From Histomonas meleagridis 2922-C6/04-290x (taxonomy: Eukaryota > Protista > Parabasalia), in assembly GCA_020184695.1 (NCBI GenBank), contig JAANOX010000273.1:124001-188000 (forward strand): 64,000 nucleotides of DNA. The letters are read 5' to 3'. This document shows positions 56,630-64,000 of this stretch, in pieces (position 1 is the stretch's first letter; each line of letters begins with the position of its first letter). A model generated the notes under the pieces. It saw only the letters and a program-made list of their open reading frames with translations, searched no databases and was not told the DNA's origin. Position numbers and translations under genes: made by a program.

Positions 56630-59600
56630 ATGGATGATTTTGAAATTTATGAAAATCCCAAAAATAATACACGAATAAGTGCCCTTAAAAGGCACCAACA
56701 AAAACTATCTCAACGGTATCTTATTGTAATAGATTCATTTATTTCATCAACTAAAAAAATTTCTTCATCAACAAGTGATTTAATAAATTCAATGTTAATT
56801 AAATATATTAAAGATAAAAATGAAATCATTTCAAAAAAAGAATCTTTTTTGGATTCAATGGGAAAAACACCAGAATCATTTGATCAACTTCGAGATCATA
56901 TCATTGTACTTGGTTCTGACTTAGTTCACCTTACAAAACAATTTCACTCTAATGTGATGAAGGTTTATGAGCAATCATTTGAAGATTTGCAACCAATTAT
57001 ATCTAATTCAATCAAAAGTTTTTCTGATTATGTTGATCAACTTCCAGACTCTATGAAAGGAGAATTTGATCGTAAGGTACAGATAGTTAAAAAAGAATTT
57101 CTTGAAACCAAACAATCACTCATTTCTAAATTATATAATTTTGAAATTGTTGCTGATCAAACATCCACATCAATGGTTGAAGAATTTGAACAACGTGTTG
57201 ATGAATGGAAAGAACGTAGATATGAAAATATTATTAATGATGCGAAAAATTCATTAAATTTAAAAATTGATTCTGGAACAATATTTAATGATTTTTATAA
57301 TGAAGAACAAAAGTTTATTCGATGTTTTGAAAAAATACTGCAAGATTTGACTTCAATTTCACCACCAAATAATTTTACAATCAAAGATTTAAATGAATGG
57401 TGGAAAGAAGTTGAAAATATTCTAAATCTTCATACGAATTTTATAAACCAATTTGATAGTAAGATACAATCAATCAATGAAAAACGGATTTTAAACGGAA
57501 ATAAAATCATTGATTCATTAAGCAAAGAATTATTTGAGTTAAAAAATGAAAATGAAGCAAACATAACATTAAATGAAATTATACTTTTATATAAACAACT
57601 TAAAAAGTTCTGTACAATATTTAATAATAAACTTAACAAATATTTTACATTAAAAATGAACAAAATCCAAAAAACATTTGAGTGTATAAAAGATTTTATA
57701 AAATCATTAATTGAAATATATTATAAATATATTCAAAATATAAAAGAATCAAAACATAAACTTAATGATACAATTAAACATTTATATGAACTTTCAACGA
57801 AAAAAATTAGAGAACTTGAATTTGAATTAGAAAAAATTATAAATGAAATTCAAATTGAAGTAAATGAAAATGATATTCAACAAAATTTAAATAAATGTCA
57901 ACAAATTCTTAACTTAATTGAAGAACAATATCGAATATATTATGAAAAATCAATTGAAACCTATGACTTGCAACCCGAAAACATTTTACAAATATTTGAA
58001 GAAAGTGAATATGAATTTCTTGAAAAACTTAAACTTAAAAAGACAAATACATTAAGTTCTTCACGTACAACATCTGAAAGAAGTTTTTCACTAAAAAAAA
58101 GAAGTCGATCAATTTCTCGTATATCCAGAATAAGAATTAAAAAAGATAATAATAGTTTAATTACAAATTTTTCGTTTGAATTATTAAATGGATTACGTTT
58201 TGAAGAATATGAACAATTAAATATTATTCCTCATATAGAAGATTATGTTGAAGAGTCTCAAATTATAAAATTAACAAGTCGACAAAAAAACTTAAGAAAT
58301 AAACCGCAAATTAAACCAAGAAATAGAAATTCAGCACGTTCTAAATCATCACGAATCAAAAATAATGATGATAATTCATTTGATGATATTGAAATTCCAG
58401 AAATAATTTTATTTGATTATATACCAAAAGATAATAATAATTTAATATTAATCGATATATATAATATAACAAATAATGATTTAATTGAATGGGAAAATAA
58501 TTTAAGAAAATTAATTATTAATAATATTCATGAAATATTTGACGCTGAATTAAAAGAATCAACTTATAATAATGAAAGAGAAGAACTTGCTAAAGATCTT
58601 AATGAAAAAATGAAAAATCATTCAATTAGAATGAATTCAATCGAATTAAATATTGCACAAACGAGAATTTTTCAAGTTAACATTCGCAAAGTTAAACTTG
58701 AAAAATATTTTAAACAAGAAACAATAAAATTTAATAAAGAATTAAAAAAAATTCAACAATCGTTAATAAAAGATAATGAAATAATGAGAAATAATTCTGA
58801 ATCATTAAATAAATTTATCAATAATTTATGTGATATCGATAATTCGATAAATTTTCAACCTTTAAATCAACAATTTGAAATTAAATATAAAAGAGTTACA
58901 AAAGAAATTGAAAAACGATTCGAATTACAAGAAAATGAATTTAATAATTTTTTAAATAATTTTAAAGAATCAAATGAAAAAATTATCGAAAAAGTTAAAA
59001 ATTCATCTCAAAATTTTAGTAATGAAGATAAAGAAATGTGTAATTCATATATACAAAAAATGAATGAACAAATTCTAGAAATAATAAAAAATCTAAAAAA
59101 TGAACAAAACAAAATAAAAAATGAAATTGATCTAAAAAATAATAAAATCAAAGAAGAATTTAATATAACTTTACCATATCATAAAACAGATTTAATTTTT
59201 ATTGAATCAATAAACAAAATTCTATTAGAAACAAAATCAAAATTTAATACATTAATATTTAATTATAAACAAGAAGAAACAGAAATCAAAAATCTAATTA
59301 AAAAATCAAAAGAAATAAAACTATTAAATGATTTAAATTATGAACAATTAATTAATAAACAATTAGAATCATTTGAAAATATACGAATTACAATCATAAA
59401 AAAAGCGCAATATTTAAATGCATTAAAAACAAAAATTTCAAATCAATCAAATAATTATACATTTTCATTCTTAAATAATAACTTAGCAATTCCTTTAAAT
59501 GAAATAAAAAATTATAAAAATCGAAACATAAAAATTCGTCCTGATTCAACATCACAAAAACAACGAAATTTAATGTCATTAAAAAAGCCAAATTATAATT

Positions 59601-60682
59601 ACAATATAAATAATAATAAAAACAAAGAATTATTGTCATTTCAATTCCAAAGTGATCAAATTTATTCCGAAACAATTTCTAAGATTAGTCCATTAATTAC
59701 TGAATATTATTCACAATTTAAAACACGTAAATTTCAAATAACAAGGAAAAATCAAATTCCAAATACTTCAAATGAATGTTTGGAGATAATAAAAATGAAA
59801 ATTAAAAAAATTTTAGAAAATACACAAAGTTTAAATATGGAATTTATTCATTCATTCAAAGAAGTTCTTTTAGAAGCATTGGAAGAAACAAAAAATGAAA
59901 TTTCTTTTGTTTTTAAGAATTTTTTGCTGTTTTGGATTAATTATAATAATGAAAAACTTGAAAATTCTAAAAAAGAATTCGAAATAAAGTTAAGAAACGT
60001 AAGAATTCAAAGAGAAAATAACATTAAATCATTAAAAAAATTGATTTTACATAATAATAATTCTGATTTCGAAAAATTAAATTCAAATGAAAATGAAAGA
60101 GAAAATTTTCATTTAAATTTAATTAATAACTTAATTGAATCGTTTTTTCAAATAGAACAGAACACAAAAGCAAAATTTTTAGAAACTATTCCTCAAATTA
60201 CAAAAATGTTATTAAATATTTTTGATACTTTTTTGTACATTGATGATTTAATTGATTCTGGTTATATACCAAATGCTCCAAGATTGACATTAAAACAAAT
60301 GCTTAAAGAAAAAGAATTAAAGCCTAATAGTTCATCAAATAGACCTTTTCAAGTTAAACAATGGCCAAACTTAGTGATAACAAAAGACGTACTTGACACA
60401 CTAATTGTTGCATCAGAAACGAACGTTAACAAAAGAAAACAATTAAGAAAGAAAAGTGACAAAAGTAAAGAGAAAAGTGACATGCAAAATCACATTCCTT
60501 TGATGAGTATGGATACTTTCTTACATAGGAATGTAATATTGGAAAGAAATAAGGCTTACGATGAATATGAAAAACAGATTGGAGAAAGAGTGGAAAAGTT
60601 TAAGAAAGAAATAGATTTGTTGAAAAATGATGAAAATCAGTTTATTGTATACTGGAAGAAATGTGTACAATCTGTGAAATAA
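56630..60682 (+). CDS. Large coiled-coil protein, CCDC180/CFAP76 (DUF4455/DUF4456)-like
   Basis: 1350-aa coiled coil. The C-terminal MDTFLHRNVILERNKAYDEYEK...QFIVYWKKCVQSVK resembles, from memory, the CCDC180 C-terminus. Confidence 0.6.
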   Translation: MDDFEIYENPKNNTRISALKRHQQKLSQRYLIVIDSFISSTKKISSSTSDLINSMLIKYIKDKNEIISKKESFLDSMGKTPESFDQLRDHIIVLGSDLVHLTKQFHSNVMKVYEQSFEDLQPIISNSIKSFSDYVDQLPDSMKGEFDRKVQIVKKEFLETKQSLISKLYNFEIVADQTSTSMVEEFEQRVDEWKERRYENIINDAKNSLNLKIDSGTIFNDFYNEEQKFIRCFEKILQDLTSISPPNNFTIKDLNEWWKEVENILNLHTNFINQFDSKIQSINEKRILNGNKIIDSLSKELFELKNENEANITLNEIILLYKQLKKFCTIFNNKLNKYFTLKMNKIQKTFECIKDFIKSLIEIYYKYIQNIKESKHKLNDTIKHLYELSTKKIRELEFELEKIINEIQIEVNENDIQQNLNKCQQILNLIEEQYRIYYEKSIETYDLQPENILQIFEESEYEFLEKLKLKKTNTLSSSRTTSERSFSLKKRSRSISRISRIRIKKDNNSLITNFSFELLNGLRFEEYEQLNIIPHIEDYVEESQIIKLTSRQKNLRNKPQIKPRNRNSARSKSSRIKNNDDNSFDDIEIPEIILFDYIPKDNNNLILIDIYNITNNDLIEWENNLRKLIINNIHEIFDAELKESTYNNEREELAKDLNEKMKNHSIRMNSIELNIAQTRIFQVNIRKVKLEKYFKQETIKFNKELKKIQQSLIKDNEIMRNNSESLNKFINNLCDIDNSINFQPLNQQFEIKYKRVTKEIEKRFELQENEFNNFLNNFKESNEKIIEKVKNSSQNFSNEDKEMCNSYIQKMNEQILEIIKNLKNEQNKIKNEIDLKNNKIKEEFNITLPYHKTDLIFIESINKILLETKSKFNTLIFNYKQEETEIKNLIKKSKEIKLLNDLNYEQLINKQLESFENIRITIIKKAQYLNALKTKISNQSNNYTFSFLNNNLAIPLNEIKNYKNRNIKIRPDSTSQKQRNLMSLKKPNYNYNINNNKNKELLSFQFQSDQIYSETISKISPLITEYYSQFKTRKFQITRKNQIPNTSNECLEIIKMKIKKILENTQSLNMEFIHSFKEVLLEALEETKNEISFVFKNFLLFWINYNNEKLENSKKEFEIKLRNVRIQRENNIKSLKKLILHNNNSDFEKLNSNENERENFHLNLINNLIESFFQIEQNTKAKFLETIPQITKMLLNIFDTFLYIDDLIDSGYIPNAPRLTLKQMLKEKELKPNSSSNRPFQVKQWPNLVITKDVLDTLIVASETNVNKRKQLRKKSDKSKEKSDMQNHIPLMSMDTFLHRNVILERNKAYDEYEKQIGERVEKFKKEIDLLKNDENQFIVYWKKCVQSVK

Positions 60683-61403
60683 ATATTTGTATTTTATTTA
60701 TGAGATTTTAATGAATTTATAAGAAATTTATATAGATTCGTCAAAATCCTACACAACACAAGAAAAGTGACAAAAAGAAAATTGTGTAAAAATGTTTAGT
60801 AGTTGTTAAAGTTTATTTTGTTTTGTTTGAATATAAGGATCTACATGGAATGTAGGGCAACCTTCTGGCCATTTATCCAAACTAAATAACATTACATTAT
60901 TTAAAGACTTTACTGTCAGATCCGAATTCTTATAATTTAGGTGGAACTACTGTTTTCTTTGTTTCAATTATTTTTATTTTTGATAAAACTAGTTCCTCAT
61001 GCTCTAGAGAATGAAAAAAAAAGAATTTCAGGTATATCTTCTTTAGTAGCATCAGCTAATTGAATGATATTGAAATTTACCATCATAACACCGAAAGAAT
61101 TCGATAATGGCACAAAAAAATATGCAAATTTAATCATTTTGTTATAATAAATTTTGATTTGGTAACTCTAAAATTTAAATACCAACCCACGATTTCAAAA
61201 TTACATCATTACTGAAAAATCTCGCTTCTTATGCATAAGATGATAATGCATTATTATATTAATTGATTATTATTTAATCGGGAACCAGCTTGAAAAATGT
61301 AATCATATTAAAGCAAAAAATAAAATCGAAGGAAATTTCAAAAATTTGTATCTGAGTTTATCCAAATTAAAATGTATAAACAAATTTTATCAAACAAATT
61401 ATT

Positions 61404-62279
61404 TTATCTTTTTTCTAATATTTTTCCCAATGGAATTGCTGCAAGCCAACCAATCCATTTTAGTACATTTTCATCAAAGAATATCAGAAATATCCGACTT
61501 AATATTGTTAACATTCCAACATCGAGCATTGTAACTCTTCCAAGTGCTTTAAAAACGAGAGAAGTTATTGTTTCAGGGTTTTGTCCAATCAATTTCACGA
61601 AGTCGAAATACCAATAATTTGGTGAGTTATTAAAGAACGAAGTACGTACAACACCACCAGGACGTAGGCAGAGAATATCAATTTTTGGATATTCAGCAGC
61701 AAGTGAGTTTGCAAATTGGGCAATAAAAGCTTTGGTAGAAGCATATAAAACCCCAAATGGTGAAACAAAAAAAGATACTTGAGAAGAGAAGAAAATAATT
61801 CCTCCATTTTCCTTACGAACTCGAAGAAATGAAGAAGTAATGCGTACAAGAGAATTTATATGTGAATTGATATATTCTCCAGGATTAGATATTGTATCAA
61901 AATGTTCAACTTTACAAAAACCAGCTACATTAAATAGAAGTGTAGGTTGATTGATTTCAATCCATTCACATATGTAATCAACAGAAGCTGTATCTCCAAG
62001 ATCACATTCGTATAATATTGAAGTTTGTGGTAAATCTGCTTTTGTAATTTTATCTGTTTTAAGTCCTATAACGAAAACATCAAAGCCTTGAAGCAATAAT
62101 TTTTTGACGATTTGGAGTCCTATTCCATCTGTTCCCCCAGTTACAACAGCAAACCCACCTCCATACTTTTGAAGCATATTTTGCTCCTTAAGAAAGAAAG
62201 GGAATAGGCATGTTCCGATTCTTATTGTGATACAAATTAAAAAAATAACTGAGATTAAAATCAGAATTTCTTTGATCAT
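61404..62279 (-). CDS. Short-chain dehydrogenase/reductase, 17-beta-HSD12/very-long-chain 3-ketoacyl-CoA reductase-like
   Basis: N-terminal TM, KYGGGFAVVTGGTDGIG (TGxxxGxG), NVAG, catalytic S and YASTK. Confidence 0.85.
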   Translation of the reverse strand: MIKEILILISVIFLICITIRIGTCLFPFFLKEQNMLQKYGGGFAVVTGGTDGIGLQIVKKLLLQGFDVFVIGLKTDKITKADLPQTSILYECDLGDTASVDYICEWIEINQPTLLFNVAGFCKVEHFDTISNPGEYINSHINSLVRITSSFLRVRKENGGIIFFSSQVSFFVSPFGVLYASTKAFIAQFANSLAAEYPKIDILCLRPGGVVRTSFFNNSPNYWYFDFVKLIGQNPETITSLVFKALGRVTMLDVGMLTILSRIFLIFFDENVLKWIGWLAAIPLGKILEKR

Positions 62280-62425
62280 AAGGATTTACTAACGTTTTCT
62301 AAATATTAAACGTACATGATTTCAAAATTGTAAATAACAGAAAATATGATCGTTCTTTGTGAATTTTGGCATGTTTACAACAGACAAAACACACCTTTGC
62401 ATAAACCTCTTAAATTCAATATTGA

Positions 62426-63022
62426 ATGAAGAACAGAGGCAGGTTCATTGTGTTTGAAGGAATTGATCATTCTGGAAAAACAACTCAGTCTAAACTTCTC
62501 TTGGAATCAGGAATGTTATCTCCAGCAATTTCTATGAGATTTCCTGATCGTTCAACACAAATAGGTGCAATCATAGACCAATACCTAAAAAGTAGTAATA
62601 ATCTTGGCAATGAAGTTATCCACCTTCTTTATTCAGCTAACCGTTGGGAAGTTGCTGATAAAATCAAAGATACTTTGGAAAACGGTACTTCAATCATTTG
62701 TGATCGATACTGGTACAGTGGCACTGCTTATGATGTTGCTAAAGGACTCCCTTTAGAGTGGTGTAAGGCTACTGATATGGGTTTGCCAAAACCAGACTTA
62801 GTTTTTTTTATTGATTCGAATCCAGAATTACTTGCAAAAAGAGAAGGCTACGGAGATGAGAGGTACGACAAATTGGAGTTTCAAAAAAAGGTGCGTGATG
62901 CTTACTTAGAACTTCGAGAAGATAATTGGATTTTAATTGATGGTAACAAAACATTAAATGAAGTAAGAGATGAGGTTTGTCATGCTGCTAGAAGCTTCTT
63001 GGAAAATTCCAATGCAAATTAA
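62426..63022 (+). CDS. DTYMK: Thymidylate kinase (dTMP kinase)
   Basis: RGRFIVFEGIDHSGKTTQ P-loop, MRFPDRSTQIG, LLYSANRWE, ICDRYWYSG, GLPKPDLVFF, ERYDKLEFQ. Confidence 0.97.
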   Translation: MKNRGRFIVFEGIDHSGKTTQSKLLLESGMLSPAISMRFPDRSTQIGAIIDQYLKSSNNLGNEVIHLLYSANRWEVADKIKDTLENGTSIICDRYWYSGTAYDVAKGLPLEWCKATDMGLPKPDLVFFIDSNPELLAKREGYGDERYDKLEFQKKVRDAYLELREDNWILIDGNKTLNEVRDEVCHAARSFLENSNAN

Positions 63023-63089
63023 CAATAATTTATGAATAAACCAAACCAAATAAAAATAATGATAAATAAAGATGACACTTTTTTACTTC

Positions 63090-63592
63090 AGGGGGGGGCC
63101 AACTGGAAGTTGGATGCTTTGGGGAATAACATCCATGAGTAAAGCTTAGACCAAAATTGTTATAAGCATAAAATTTATTGAGTAATAATAAGTTCGCAAA
63201 TTGAGCGCCAAATGGCAATGAATTGAAATTATGCCGCCAGCAGAAAGAAAATTGCTGTATATAATGTTTTAATTGTCCAATCGATAAGTCACTCATTAAA
63301 CAATCATTTTGCACATATCCTGCTTATAAAGAAAGAAGACAAAAATATGATTGGAAACATATTTGCAAATACACTGACTGATGAGTATTTAAAGGCACAA
63401 GTTGATATTTATGAACCTACAGTTTGTTGTTGGTGTATTCCCCGCAATAAAGCACCAGAATTTTCAATTCCTTGTCGTCATATTTTGATGACAATATATG
63501 AAATTGGATTGAACATCTCTCTAAAAATGTGGTTTTTGAAGGAAAGCCAAAAACCACAAAATCATATCAATGTAGCGTTTGTCATTGTTTAA
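63090..63592 (+). pseudogene. MULE-associated SWIM zinc-finger relic
   Basis: TVCCWC...EFSIPCRHIL matches the SWIM CxC...PCxH motif. The upstream frame is stop-ridden. Confidence 0.55.
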
Positions 63593-64000
63593 AAAAATAT
63601 TTTAAAACGAATTTTCTGGAAGTTCAATAACAATAATATGATAATCTAATTTATTAATATAAAATTATGAAATAGAAAGAATAGAAATGTATTAGTGATG
63701 ATGGAATGGAAATAGAGAGATGTTGTTTTATTGAGATATTGTTTGGTGAGTTTTTCATAAAATTTTAGTAAGACCCTCTGGAAAATATTTCTCCACTTTT
63801 TGACAGGGCGGTTCATGGCGAAAACGATTAGCAGAAAATTCATATCACAATATTGTAAACAAAAAAGTGACAGATGAAAAAGCTACAAAAGGTGTTGGGA
63901 CGAAGAAAATGAAAGAGTGCAAAGCGTTTAATGAACGATTGAAGATTTTGATGATCTTTATTTAAATTGGAAGATAATATATAGGTTTGCTGTCTTGAAT

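Overview
AT-rich, essentially intron-less eukaryotic DNA that looks parabasalid (Trichomonas/Tritrichomonas/Histomonas-like). The assignment is inferred from BspA LRR surface proteins, TM/PAS class III cyclase-like proteins, a divergent H3/H4 pair, Inr/M3-like core promoters and TAAA-overlapping stop codons. Housekeeping genes: a Sec63-domain helicase C-terminus, DNAAF6/PIH1D3, NOP10, RABL6-like GTPase, SH3-DOCK GEF, H4/H3, RPS30, AP-2 mu, Myb+U-box protein, CRIB-STE20 kinase, CCDC180-like protein, SDR/KCR-like reductase and thymidylate kinase. They are interspersed with BspA genes/relics and a dense DNA-transposon zone at about 44.9-56.5 kb. That zone holds a Tc1 relic, a full-length mariner with D,D31D spacing, a USP pseudogene, a MULE fragment, and a P-element-like element whose transposase is split by a nested Tc1. 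The most interesting unannotated signals are a U1-snRNA-like cloverleaf at about 8.30-8.46 kb (minus strand), a structured GC-rich island at about 43.9-44.1 kb, a NOP10 retaining the archaeal-type zinc ribbon, and two apparently catalytically dead receptor cyclases. All calls are by-eye motif recognition; no database searches or folding programs were run.
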